From: Eledone cirrhosa
Lineage: Eukaryota
Assembly (NCBI GenBank): GCA_964016885.1
Contig: OZ024748.1
Location: forward strand, 37,882,001 to 37,946,000
DNA: 64,000 nucleotides
Direction: 5' to 3'
Of this stretch, positions 1 to 13,819 are shown piece by piece (within the stretch, counting starts at the first letter, position 1; the number at the start of each line of letters is the position of its first letter). The position numbers were made by a program, and so were the translations under genes. The notes under the pieces were generated by a model, which did no database searches, was not told the DNA's origin, and saw nothing but the letters and a program-made list of their open reading frames with translations.

Positions 1-3000
1 GGTAAGTGTTGTGATTAAAAAGAAAGAAAAATATAAAGAATGTTACCATGGAGGTAAGAGTTTTGGTTAAAAAGAAGGAAAAATATAAAGAATGTTGCGA
101 AGGAGGTAAGTGTTGTGATTAAAAAGAAGGAAAAATATAAAGAATGTTACGAAGGAGGTAAGTGTTGTGATTAAAAAGAAGGAAAAATATAAAGAAATTT
201 ACGAAGGAGATAAGATTAGTGATTAAAAAGAAGGAAAACTATAAACAATATTGCGAAAGAGGTAAGTGTTGTGATTAAGAAGAAGGAAAAATATAAAGAA
301 TGTTGCGAAGGAGGTAAGAGTGTTGATTAAAAAGAAGGAAAATATAGAGAATGTTGCGAAGGAGGTAAGTGTTGTGATTAAAAAGAGGGAAAAATATAAA
401 GAATGTTACGAAGGAGGTAAGAGTTGTGATTAAAAAGAAGGAAAAATATAAAAAATGTTGCGAAGGAGGTAAGTGTTGAGATTAAAAAGAAGGAAAAATA
501 TAAAGAATGTTACGAAGGAGGTAAGTGTTGTGATTAAAAAGAAGGAAAAATATAAAAATGTTACGAAGGAGGTAATTGTTGTGATTAAAAAGAATGAAAA
601 ATATAAAGAAATTTACAAAGGAGATAAGAGTAGTGATTAAAAAGAAGGAAAACTATAAAGAATATTGCGAAAGAGGTAAGTGTTGTGATTAAAAAAAAGG
701 AAAAATATAAAGAATATTGCGAAGGAGGTAAGGGTTGTGATTAAAAAGAAGGAAAAATATAAAGAATGTTACGAAGGAGGTAACAGCTGTGATTAAAGAG
801 AAGGAAAAATATAAAAAAATGTTGCGAAGGAGGTAAGTGTTGTAATTAAAAAGAAGGAAAAATATAAATAATTTTGCGAAGGAGGTAAGTGTTGTGATTA
901 AAAATAAGGAAAAATATAAAGAATGTTGCGAAGGAGGTAAGAGTTGTGATTAAAAAGAAGGAATAATATGAAGAATGTTGCGAAGGAGGTAAGTGTTGTG
1001 ATTAAAAAGAAGTAAAAATATAAAGAATGTTTCAAAGGAGGTAAGTGTTGTGATTAAAAGAAGGAAAAATATAAAGAATGTTGCGAAAGAGGTAAGAGTT
1101 GTGATTAAAAAGAAGGAAAAATATAAAGAATGTTGCGAAGGAGGTAAGAGTTGTGATTAAAAAGAAGGAAAAATATAAAGAATCTTACGAAGGAGGTAAG
1201 AGTTGTGATTCAAAAGAAGGAAAAATATAAAGAATGTTGCGAAGGAGGTAAGAGTTGTGATTAAAAAGAAGGGAAAATATAAAGAATGTTGCGAAGGAGG
1301 TAAGTGTTGTGATTAAAAAGAAGGAAAAATATAAAGAATGTTGCGAAGGAGGTAAGTGTTGTGATTAAAAAGAAAGAAAAATATAAAGAATGTTACCATG
1401 GAGGTAAGAGTTTTGGTTAAAAAGAAGGGAAAATATAAAGAATGTTGCGAAGGAGGTAAGTGTTGTGATTAAAAAGAAGGAAAAATATAAAGAATGTTAC
1501 GAAGGAGGTAAGTGTTGTGATTAAAAAGAAGGAAAAATATAAAGAAATTTACGAAGGAGATAAGATTAGTGATTAAAAAGAAGGAAAACTATAAACAATA
1601 TTGCGAAAGAGGTAAGTGTTGTGATTAAGAAGAAGGAAAAATATAAAGAATGTTGCGAAGGAGGTAAGAGTGTTGATTAAAAAGAAGGAAAATATTGAGA
1701 ATGTTGCGAAGGAGGTAAGTGTTGTGATTAAAAAGAGGGAAAAATATAAAGAATGTTACGAAGGAGGTAAGAGTTGTGATTAAAAAGAAGGAAAAATATA
1801 GAAAATGTTGCGAAGGAGGTAAGTGTTGAGATTAAAAAGAAGGAAAAATATAAAGAATGTTACGAAGGAGGTAAGTGTTGTGATTAAAAAGAAGGAAAAA
1901 TATAAAAATGTTTCGAAGGAGGTAATTGTTGTGATTAAAAAGAATGAAAAATATAAAGAAATTTACAAAGGAGATAAGAGTAGTTATTAAAAAGAAGGAA
2001 AACTATAAAGAATATTGCGAAAGAGGTAAGTGTTGTGATTAAAAAAAAGGAAAAAATATAAAGAATATTGCGAAGGAGGTAAGAGTTGTGATTAAAAAGA
2101 AGGAAAAATATAAAGAATCTTACGAAGGAGGTAAGAGTTGTGATTAAAAAGAACGAAAAATATAAAGAATGTTGCGAAGGAGGTAAGAGTTGTGATTAAA
2201 AAGAAGGGAAAATATAAAGAATGTTGCGAAAGAGCTAAGTGTTGTAATTAAAAATAAGGAAAAATATAAAGAATGTTGCGAAGGAGGTAAGAGTGTTGAT
2301 TAAAAAGAAGGAAACACATAAAGAATGTTGCGAAGGAGGTAAGTGTTGTGATTAAAAAGAAAGAAAAATATAAAGAATGTTACCATGGAGGTAAGAGTTG
2401 TGGTTAAAAAGAAGGAAAAATATAAAGAATGTTGCGAAGGAGGTAAGAGTTGTGATTAAAAAGAAGTAAAAATATAAAGAATGTTTCAAAGGAGGTAAGT
2501 GTTGTGATTAAAAGAAGGAAAAATATAAAGAATGTTGCGAAAGAGGTAAGAGTTGTGATTAAAAAGAAGGAAAAATATAAAGAATGTTGCGAAGGAGGTA
2601 AGAGTTGTGATTAAAAAGAAGGGAAAATATAAAGAATCTTACGAAGGAGGTAAGAGTTGTGATTAAAAAGAAGGGAAAATATAAAGAATGTTGCGAAAGA
2701 GCTAAGTGTTGTGATTAAAAATAAGGAAAAATATAAAGAATGTTGCGAAGGAGGTAAGTGTTGTGATTACAAAGAAAGAAAAATATAAAGAATGTTACCA
2801 TGGAGGTAAGTGTTGTGGTTAAAAAGAAGGAAAAATATAAAGAATGTTGCGAAGGAGGTAGGTGTTGTGATTAAAAAGAAGGAAAAATATAAAGAATGTT
2901 ACGAAGGAGGCAAGTGTTGTGATTAAAAAGAAGGAAAAATATAAAGAAATTTACGAAGGAGATAAGATTAGTGATTAAAAAGAAGGAAAACTATAAAGAA

Positions 3001-6000
3001 TATTGCGAAAGAGGTAAGTGTTGTGATTAAGAAGAAGGAAAAATATAAAGAATGTTGCGAAGGAGGTAAGAGTGTTGATTAAAAAGAAGTAAAAATATAA
3101 AGAATGTTGCGAAGGAGGTAAGTGTTGTGATTAAAAAGAGGGAAAAATATAAAGAATGTTACGAAGGAGGTAAGAGTTGTGATTAAAAAGAAGGAAAAAT
3201 ATAAAAAATGTTGCGAAGGAGGTAAGTGTTGAGATTAAAAAGAAGGAAAAATATAAAGAATGTTACGAAGGAGGTAAGTGTTGTGATTAAAAAGAAGGAA
3301 AAATATAAAAAATGTTACGAAGGAGGTAATTGTTGTGATTAAAAAGAATGAAAAATATAAAGAAATTTACAAAGGAGATAAGAGTAGTGATTAAAAAGAA
3401 GGAAAACTATAAAGAATATTGCGAAAGAGGTAAGTGTTGTGATTAAAAAAAAGGAAAAATATAAAGAATATTGCGAAGGAGGTAAGGGTTGTGATTAAAG
3501 AGAAGGAAAAATATAAAAAAATGTTGCGAAGGAGGTAAGTGTTGTAATTAAAAAGAAGGAAAAATATAAATAATTTTGCGAAGGAGGTAAGTGTTGTGAT
3601 TAAAAATAAGGAAAAATATAAAGAATGTTGCGAAGGAGGTAAGAGTTGTGATTAAAAAGAAGGAATAATATGAAGAATGTTGCGAAGGAGGTAAGTGTTG
3701 TGATTAAAAAGAAGTAAAAATATAAAGAATGTTTCAAAGGAGGTAAGTGTTGTGATTAAAAGAAGGAAAAATATAAAGAATGTTGCGAAAGAGGTAAGAG
3801 TTGTGATTAAAAAGAAGGAAAAATATAAAGAATGTTGCGAAGGAGGTAAGAGTTGTGATTAAAAAGAAGGAAAAATATAAAGAATCTTACGAAGGAGGTA
3901 AGAGTTGTGATTAAAAAGAAGGAAAAATATAAAGAATGTTGCGAAGGAGGTAAGAGTTGTGATTAAAAAGAAGGGAAAATATAAAGAATGTTGCGAAGGA
4001 GGTAAGTGTTGTGATTAAAAAGAAGGAAAAATATAAAGAATGTTGCGAAGGAGGTAAGTGTTGTGATTAAAAAGAAAGAAAAATATAAAGAATGTTACCA
4101 TGGAGGTAAGAGTTTTGGTTAAAAAGAAGGAAAAATATAAAGAATGTTGCGAAGGAGGTAAGTGTTGTGATTAAAAAGAAGGAAAAATATAAAGAATGTT
4201 ACGAAGGAGGTAAGTGTTGTGATTAAAAAGAAGGAAAAATATAAAGAAATTTACGAAGGAGATAAGATTAGTGATTAAAAAGAAGGAAAACTATAAACAA
4301 TATTGCGAAAGAGGTAAGTGTTGTGATTAAGAAGAAGGAAAAATATAAAGAATGTTGCGAAGGAGGTAAGAGTGTTGATTAAAAAGAAGGAAAATATAGA
4401 GAATGTTGCGAAGGAGGTAAGTGTTGTGATTAAAAAGAGGGAAAAATATAAAGAATGTTACGAAGGAGGTAAGAGTTGTGATTAAAAAGAAGGAAAAATA
4501 TAAAAAATGTTGCGAAGGAGGTAAGTGTTGAGATTAAAAAGAAGGAAAAATATAAAGAATGTTACGAAGGAGGTAAGTGTTGTGATTAAAAAGAAGGAAA
4601 AATATAAAAATGTTACGAAGGAGGTAATTGTTGTGATTAAAAAGAATGAAAAATATAAAGAAATTTACAAAGGAGATAAGAGTAGTGATTAAAAAGAAGG
4701 AAAACTATAAAGAATATTGCGAAAGAGGTAAGTGTTGTGATTAAAAAAAAGGAAAAATATAAAGAATATTGCGAAGGAGGTAAGGGTTGTGATTAAAAAG
4801 AAGGAAAAATATAAAGAATGTTACGAAGGAGGTAACAGCTGTGATTAAAGAGAAGGAAAAATATAAAAAAATGTTGCGAAGGAGGTAAGTGTTGTAATTA
4901 AAAAGAAGGAAAAATATAAATAATTTTGCGAAGGAGGTAAGTGTTGTGATTAAAAATAAGGAAAAATATAAAGAATGTTGCGAAGGAGGTAAGAGTTGTG
5001 ATTAAAAAGAAGGAATAATATGAAGAATGTTGCGAAGGAGGTAAGTGTTGTGATTAAAAAGAAGTAAAAATATAAAGAATGTTTCAAAGGAGGTAAGTGT
5101 TGTGATTAAAAGAAGGAAAAATATAAAGAATGTTGCGAAAGAGGTAAGAGTTGTGATTAAAAAGAAGGAAAAATATAAAGAATGTTGCGAAGGAGGTAAG
5201 AGTTGTGATTAAAAAGAAGGAAAAATATAAAGAATCTTACGAAGGAGGTAAGAGTTGTGATTCAAAAGAAGGAAAAATATAAAGAATGTTGCGAAGGAGG
5301 TAAGAGTTGTGATTAAAAAGAAGGGAAAATATAAAGAATGTTGCGAAGGAGGTAAGTGTTGTGATTAAAAAGAAGGAAAAATATAAAGAATGTTGCGAAG
5401 GAGGTAAGTGTTGTGATTAAAAAGAAAGAAAAATATAAAGAATGTTACCATGGAGGTAAGAGTTTTGGTTAAAAAGAAGGGAAAATATAAAGAATGTTGC
5501 GAAGGAGGTAAGTGTTGTGATTAAAAAGAAGGAAAAATATAAAGAATGTTACGAAGGAGGTAAGTGTTGTGATTAAAAAGAAGGAAAAATATAAAGAAAT
5601 TTACGAAGGAGATAAGATTAGTGATTAAAAAGAAGGAAAACTATAAACAATATTGCGAAAGAGGTAAGTGTTGTGATTAAGAAGAAGGAAAAATATAAAG
5701 AATGTTGCGAAGGAGGTAAGAGTGTTGATTAAAAAGAAGGAAAATATAGAGAATGTTGCGAAGGAGGTAAGTGTTGTGATTAAAAAGAGGGAAAAATATA
5801 AAGAATGTTACGAAGGAGGTAAGAGTTGTGATTAAAAAGAAGGAAAAATATAGAAAATGTTGCGAAGGAGGTAAGTGTTGAGATTAAAAAGAAGGAAAAA
5901 TATAAAGAATGTTACGAAGGAGGTAAGTGTTGTGATTAAAAAGAAGGAAAAATATAAAAATGTTTCGAAGGAGGTAATTGTTGTGATTAAAAAGAATGAA

Positions 6001-9000
6001 AAATATAAAGAAATTTACAAAGGAGATAAGAGTAGTTATTAAAAAGAAGGAAAACTATAAAGAATATTGCGAAAGAGGTAAGTGTTGTGATTAAAAAAAA
6101 GGAAAAAATATAAAGAATATTGCGAAGGAGGTAAGAGTTGTGATTAAAAAGAAGGAAAAATATAAAGAATCTTACGAAGGAGGTAAGAGTTGTGATTAAA
6201 AAGAACGAAAAATATAAAGAATGTTGCGAAGGAGGTAAGAGTTGTGATTAAAAAGAAGGGAAAATATAAAGAATGTTGCGAAAGAGCTAAGTGTTGTAAT
6301 TAAAAATAAGGAAAAATATAAAGAATGTTGCGAAGGAGGTAAGAGTGTTGATTAAAAAGAAGGAAACACATAAAGAATGTTGCGAAGGAGGTAAGTGTTG
6401 TGATTAAAAAGAAAGAAAAATATAAAGAATGTTACCATGGAGGTAAGAGTTGTGGTTAAAAAGAAGGAAAAATATAAAGAATGTTGCGAAGGAGGTAAGT
6501 GTTGTGATTAAAAAGAAGGAAAAATATAAAGAATGTTACGAAGGAGGTAAGTCTTGTGATTAAAAAGGAGGACAAATATAAAGAATGTTGCCAAGGAGGT
6601 AAGTGTTGTGATTAAAAAGAAGGAAAACTATAAAGAATATTGCGAAAGAGGTAAGTGTTGTGATTAAGAAGAAGGAAAAATATAAAGAATGTTGCGAAGG
6701 AGGTAAGAGTGTTGATTAAAAAGAAGGAAAAATATAAAGAATGTTGCGAAGGAGGTAAGTGTTGTGATTAAAAAGAGGGAAAAATATAAAGAATGTTACG
6801 AAGGAGGTAAGAGTTGTGATTAAAAAGAAGGAAAAATATAAAAAATGTTGCGAAGGAGGTAAGTGTTGAGATTAAAAAGAAGGAAAAATATAAAGAATGT
6901 TACGAAGGAGGTAAGTGTTGTGATTAAAAAGAAGGAAAAATATAAAAATGTTACGAAGGAGGTAATTGTTGTGATTAAAAAGAATGAAAAATATAAAGAA
7001 ATTTACAAAGGAGATAAGAGTAGTGATTAAAAAGAAGGAAAACTATAAAGAATATTGCGAAAGAGGTAAGTGTTGTGATTAAAAAGAAGTAAAAATATAA
7101 AGAATGTTTCAAAGGAGGTAAGTGTTGTGATTAAAAAGAAGGAAAAATATAAAGAACGTTGCGAAGGAGGTAAGTGTTGTGATTAAAAAGAAGGAAAAAT
7201 ATAAAGAATGTTACGAAGGAGGTAAGTGTTGTGATTAAAAAGAAGGAAAAATATAAAGAATGTTACGAAGGAGGTAAGAGTGGTGATATAAAAAGAAGGA
7301 AATATATAAAAAAATATTGCGAAAGAGGTAAGTGTTGTGATTAAAAAGAAGGAAAAATATAAAGAATGTTGCGAAGGAGGTAAGAGTGTTGATTAAAAAG
7401 AAGGAAAAATATAAAGAATGTTGCGAAGGAGGTAAGTGTTGTGATTAAAAAGAAGGAAAAATATAAAGAATGTTGCGAAGGAGGTAAGTGTTGTGTTTAA
7501 AAAGAAGGAAAAATATAAAGAACGTTGCGTAAGAGGTAAGTCTTGTGATTAAAAAGAAGGAAAAATATAAAGAATGTTGCGAAGGAGGTAAGAGTGTTGA
7601 TTAAAAATAAGGAAAAATATAAAGAATGTTGCGAAGGAGGTAAGTGTTGTGATTACAAAGAAAGAAAAATATAAAGAATGTTACCATGGAGGTAAGTGTT
7701 GTGGTTAAAAAGAAGGACAAATATAAAGAATGTTGCGAAGGAGGTAGGTGTTGTGATTAAAAAGAAGGAAAAATATAAAGAATGTTACGAAGGAGGCAAG
7801 TGTTGTGATTAAAAAGAAGGAAAAATATAAAGAAGTTTACGAAGGAGATAAGATTAGTGATTAAAAAGAAGGAAAACTATAAAGAATATTGCGAAAGAGG
7901 TAAGTGTTGTGATTAAGAAGAAGGAAAAATATAAAGAATGTTGCGAAGGAGGTAAGAGTGTTGATTAAAAAGAAGGAAAAATATAAAGAATGTTGCGAAG
8001 GAGGTAAGTGTTGTGATTAAAAAGAGGGAAAAATATAAAGAATGTTACGAAGGAGGTAAGAGTTGTGATTAAAAAGAAGGAAAAATATAAAAAATGTTGC
8101 GAAGGAGGTAAGTGTTGAGATTAAAAAGAAGGAAAAATATAAAGAATGTTACGAAGGAGGTAAGTGTTGTGATTAAAAAGAAGGAAAAATATAAAAAATG
8201 TTACGAAGGAGGTAATTGTTGTGATTAAAAAGAATGAAAAATATAAAGAAATTTACAAAGGAGATAAGAGTAGTGATTAAAAAGAAGGAAAACTATAAAG
8301 AATATTGCGAAAGAGGTAAGTGTTGTGATTAAAAAAAAGGAAAAATATAAAGAATATTGCGAAGGAGGTAAGGGTTGTGATTAAAGAGAAGGAAAAATAT
8401 AAAAAAATGTTGCGAAGGAGGTAAGTGTTGTAATTAAAAAGAAGGAAAAATATAAATAATTTTGCGAAGGAGGTAAGTGTTGTGATTAAAAATAAGGAAA
8501 AATATAAAGAATGTTGCGAAGGAGGTAAGAGTTGTGATTAAAAAGAAGGAATAATATGAAGAATGTTGCGAAGGAGGTAAGTGTTGTGATTAAAAAGAAG
8601 TAAAAATATAAAGAATGTTTCAAAGGAGGTAAGTGTTGTGATTAAAAGAAGGAAAAATATAAAGAATGTTGCGAAAGAGGTAAGAGTTGTGATTAAAAAG
8701 AAGGAAAAATATAAAGAATGTTGCGAAGGAGGTAAGAGTTGTGATTAAAAAGAAGGAAAAATATAAAGAATCTTACGAAGGAGGTAAGAGTTGTGATTAA
8801 AAAGAAGGAAAAATATAAAGAATGTTGCGAAGGAGGTAAGAGTTGTGATTAAAAAGAAGGGAAAATATAAAGAATGTTGCGAAGGAGGTAAGTGTTGTGA
8901 TTAAAAAGAAGGAAAAATATAAAGAATGTTGCGAAGGAGGTAAGTGTTGTGATTAAAAAGAAAGAAAAATATAAAGAATGTTACCATGGAGGTAAGAGTT

Positions 9001-11400
9001 TTGGTTAAAAAGAAGGAAAAATATAAAGAATGTTGCGAAGGAGGTAAGTGTTGTGATTAAAAAGAAGGAAAAATATAAAGAATGTTACGAAGGAGGTAAG
9101 TGTTGTGATTAAAAAGAAGGAAAAATATAAAGAAATTTACGAAGGAGATAAGATTAGTGATTAAAAAGAAGGAAAACTATAAACAATATTGCGAAAGAGG
9201 TAAGTGTTGTGATTAAGAAGAAGGAAAAATATAAAGAATGTTGCGAAGGAGGTAAGAGTGTTGATTAAAAAGAAGGAAAATATAGAGAATGTTGCGAAGG
9301 AGGTAAGTGTTGTGATTAAAAAGAGGGAAAAATATAAAGAATGTTACGAAGGAGGTAAGAGTTGTGATTAAAAAGAAGGAAAAATATAAAAAATGTTGCG
9401 AAGGAGGTAAGTGTTGAGATTAAAAAGAAGGAAAAATATAAAGAATGTTACGAAGGAGGTAAGTGTTGTGATTAAAAAGAAGGAAAAATATAAAAATGTT
9501 ACGAAGGAGGTAATTGTTGTGATTAAAAAGAATGAAAAATATAAAGAAATTTACAAAGGAGATAAGAGTAGTGATTAAAAAGAAGGAAAACTATAAAGAA
9601 TATTGCGAAAGAGGTAAGTGTTGTGATTAAAAAAAAGGAAAAATATAAAGAATATTGCGAAGGAGGTAAGGGTTGTGATTAAAAAGAAGGAAAAATATAA
9701 AGAATGTTACGAAGGAGGTAACAGCTGTGATTAAAGAGAAGGAAAAATATAAAAAAATGTTGCGAAGGAGGTAAGTGTTGTAATTAAAAAGAAGGAAAAA
9801 TATAAATAATTTTGCGAAGGAGGTAAGTGTTGTGATTAAAAATAAGAAAAAATATAAAGAATGTTGCGAAGGAGGTAAGAGTTGTGATTAAAAAGAAGGA
9901 ATAATATGAAGAATGTTGCGAAGGAGGTAAGTGTTGTGATTAAAAAGAAGTAAAAATATAAAGAATGTTTCAAAGGAGGTAAGTGTTGTGATTAAAAGAA
10001 GGAAAAATATAAAGAATGTTGCGAAAGAGGTAAGAGTTGTGATTAAAAAGAAGGAAAAATATAAAGAATGTTGCGAAGGAGGTAAGAGTTGTGATTAAAA
10101 AGAAGGAAAAATATAAAGAATCTTACGAAGGAGGTAAGAGTTGTGATTAAAAAGAAGGAAAAATATAAAGGATGTTGCGAAGGAGGTAAGAGTTGTGATT
10201 AAAAAGAAGGGAAAATATAAAGAATGTTGCGAAGGAGGTAAGTGTTGTGATTAAAAAGAAGGAAAAATATAAAGAATGTTGCGAAGAAGGTAAGTGTTGT
10301 GATTAAAAAGAAAGAAAAATATAAAGAATGTTACCATGGAGGTAAGAGTTTTGGTTAAAAAGAAGGGAAAATATAAAGAATGTTGCGAAGGAGGTAAGTG
10401 TTGTGATTAAAAAGAAGGAAAAATATAAAGAATGTTACGAAGGAGGTAAGTGTTGTGATTAAAAAGAAGGAAAAATATAAAGAAATTTACGAAGGAGATA
10501 AGATTAGTGATTAAAAAGAAGGAAAACTATAAACAATATTGCGAAAGAGGTAAGTGTTGTGATTAAGAAGAAGGAAAAATATAAAGAATGTTGCGAAGGA
10601 GGTAAGAGTGTTGATTAAAAAGAAGGAAAATATAGAGAATGTTGCGAAGGAGGTAAGTGTTGTGATTAAAAAGAGGGAAAAATATAAAGAATGTTACGAA
10701 GGAGGTAAGAGTTGTGATTAAAAAGAAGGAAAAATATAGAAAATGTTGCGAAGGAGGTAAGTGTTGAGATTAAAAAGAAGGAAAAATATAAAGAATGTTA
10801 CGAAGGAGGTAAGTGTTGTGATTAAAAAGAAGGAAAAATATAAAAATGTTTCGAAGGAGGTAATTGTTGTGATTAAAAAGAATGAAAAATATAAAGAAAT
10901 TTACAAAGGAGATAAGAGTAGTTATTAAAAAGAAGGAAAACTATAAAGAATATTGCGAAAGAGGTAAGTGTTGTGATTAAAAAAAAGGAAAAAATATAAA
11001 GAATATTGCGAAGGAGGTAAGAGTTGTGATTAAAAAGAAGGAAAAATATAAAGAATCTTACGAAGGAGGTAAGAGTTGTGATTAAAAAGAACGAAAAATA
11101 TAAAGAATGTTGCGAAGGAGGTAAGAGTTGTGATTAAAAAGAAGGGAAAATATAAAGAATGTTGCGAAAGAGCTAAGTGTTGTAATTAAAAATAAGGAAA
11201 AATATAAAGAATGTTGCGAAGGAGGTAAGAGTGTTGATTAAAAAGAAGGAAACACATAAAGAATGTTGCGAAGGAGGTAAGTGTTGTGATTAAAAAGAAA
11301 GAAAAATATAAAGAATGTTACCATGGAGGTAAGAGTTGTGGTTAAAAAGAAGGAAAAATATAAAGAATGTTGCGAAGGAGGTAAGTGTTGTGATTAAAAA
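1..11400 (+). repeat. Higher-order repeat domain with variable units of mostly 19-26 monomers (1350/1300/987/1249 bp) marked by the TGTTACCATGG variant
   Basis: Marker tgttaccatgg starts at 41, 1391, 2378, 2793, 4093, 5443, 6430, 7679, 8979, 10329, 11316. Spacings are 1350, 987, 415, 1300, 1350, 987, 1249, 1300, 1350, 987. The same ordered variants follow it (gagataagattagtg, aactataaacaatatt, gttgagatt, tttacaaaggagata). Confidence 0.9.
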
Positions 11401-12500
11401 GAAGGAAAAATATAAAGAATGTTACGAAGGAGGTAAGTCTTGTGATTAAAAAGAAGGACAAATATAAAGAATGTTGCCAAGGAGGTAAGTGTTGTGATTA
11501 AAAAGAAGGAAAACTATAAAGAATATTGCGAAAGAGCTAAGTGTTGTAATTAAAAATAAGGAAAAATATAAAGAATGTTGCGAAGGAGGTAAGAGTGTTG
11601 ATTAAAAAGAAGGAAACACATAAAGAATGTTGCGAAGGAGGTAAGTGTTGTGATTAAGAAGAAGGAAAAATATAAAGAATGTTGCGAAGGAGGTAAGAGT
11701 GTTGATTAAAAAGAAGGAAAAATATAAAGAATGTTGCGAAGGAGGTAAGTGTTGTGATTAAAAAGAGGTAAAAATATAAAGAATGTTACGAAGGAGGTAA
11801 GAGTTGTGATTAAAAAGAAGGAAAAATATAAAAAATGTTGCGAAGGAGGTAAGTGTTGAGATTAAAAAGAAGGAAAAATATAAAGAATGTTACGAAGGAG
11901 GTAAGTGTTGTGATTAAAAAGAAGGAAAAATATAAAAATGTTACGAAGGAGGTAATTGTTGTGATTAAAAAGAATGAAAAATATAAAGAAATTTACAAAG
12001 GAGATAAGAGTAGTGATTAAAAAGAAGGAAAACTATAAAGAATATTGCGAAAGAGGTAAGTGTTGTGATTAAAAAGAAGTAAAAATATAAAGAATGTTTC
12101 AAAGGAGGTAAGTGTTGTGATTAAAAAGAAGGAAAAATATAAAGAACGTTGCGAAGGAGGTAAGTGTTGTGATTAAAAAGAAGGAAAAATATAAAGAATG
12201 TTACGAAGGAGGTAAGTGTTGTGATTAAAAAGAAGGAAAAATATAAAGAATGTTACGAAGGAGGTAAGAGTGGTGATATAAAAAGAAGGAAATATATAAA
12301 AAAATATTGCGAAAGAGGTAAGTGTTGTGATTAAAAAGAAGGAAAAATATAAAGAATGTTGCGAAGGAGGTAAGAGTGTTGATTAAAAAGAAGGAAAAAT
12401 ATAAAGAATGTTGCGAAGGAGGTAAGTGTTGTGTTTAAAAAGAAGGAAAAATATAAAGAACGTTGCGTAAGAGGTAAGTCTTGTGATTAAAAAGAAGGAC
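2715..12500 (+). repeat. Tandem duplication of a 94-monomer (4886-bp) block: ~2715-7600 and ~7601-12500
   Basis: Constant 4886 offset for four markers (2793/7679, 4093/8979, 5443/10329, 6430/11316). Offset is 4990 after a 2-monomer insertion (tgattaagaa 6661/11651; tggtgatata 7281/12271), then 4938 after loss of one monomer. Confidence 0.9.
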
Positions 12501-13819
12501 AAATATAAAGAATGTTGCCACGGAGCTAAGTGTTGTGATTAAAAAGAAGGAAAAATATAAAGAATGTTGCGAAGGAGGTAAGAGTGTTGATTAAAAAGAA
12601 GGAAAATATAGAGAATGTTGCGAAGGAGGTAAGTGTTGTGATTAAAAAGAGGGAAAAATATAAAGAATGTTACGAAGGAGGTAAGAGTTGTGATTAAAAA
12701 GAAGGAAAAATATAGAAAATGTTGCGAAGGAGGTAAGTGTTGAGATTAAAAAGAAGGAAAAATATAAAGAATGTTACGAAGGAGGTAAGTGTTGTGATTA
12801 AAAAGAAGGAAAAATATAAAAATGTTTCGAAGGAGGTAATTGTTGTGATTAAAAAGAATGAAAAATATAAAGAAATTTACAAAGGAGATAAGAGTAGTTA
12901 TTAAAAAGAAGGAAAACTATAAAGAATATTGCGAAAGAGGTAAGTGTTGTGATTAAAAAAAAGGAAAAAATATAAAGAATATTGCGAAGGAGGTAAGTGT
13001 TGTGATTAAAAAGAAGGAAAAATATAAAGAATGTTACGAAGGAGGTAACAGTTGTGATTAAAGAGAAGGAAAAATATAAAAATTGTTGCGAAGGAGGTAA
13101 GTGTTGTAATTAAAAAGAACGAAAAATATAAAGAATGTTGCGAAGGAGGTAAGAGTTGTGATTAAAAAGAAGGGAAAATATAAAGAATGTTGCGAAAGAG
13201 CTAAGTGTTGTAATTAAAAATAAGGAAAAATATAAAGAATGTTGCGAAGGAGGTAAGAGTGTTGATTAAAAAGAAGGAAACACATAAAGAATGTTGCGAA
13301 GGAGGTAAGAGTGTTGATTAAAAAGAAGGAAAAATATAAAGAATGTTGCGAAGGAGGTAAGTGTTGTGATTAAAAAGAGGGAAAAATATAAAGAATGTTA
13401 CGAAGGAGGTAAGAGTTGTGATTAAAAAGAAGGAAAAATATAAAAAATGTTGCGAAGGAGGTAAGTGTTGAGATTAGAAAGAAGGAAAAATATAAAGAAT
13501 GTTACGAAGGAGGTAAGTGTTGTGATTAAAAAGAAGGAAAAATATAAAAATGTTACGAAGGAGGTAATTGTTGTGATTAAAAAGAATGAAAAATATAAAG
13601 AAATTTACAAAGGAGATAAGAGTAGTGATTAAAAAGAAGGAAAACTATAAAGAATATTGCGAAAGAGGTAAGTGCTGTGATTAAAAAAAAGGAAAAATAT
13701 ACAGAATGTTGCGAAGGAGGTAAGAGTGTTGATTAAAAAGAAGGAAAAATATAAAGAATGTTACGAAGGAGGTAAGTGTTGTGATTAAAAAGAAGGAAAA
13801 ATATAAAGAATGTTGCGAA

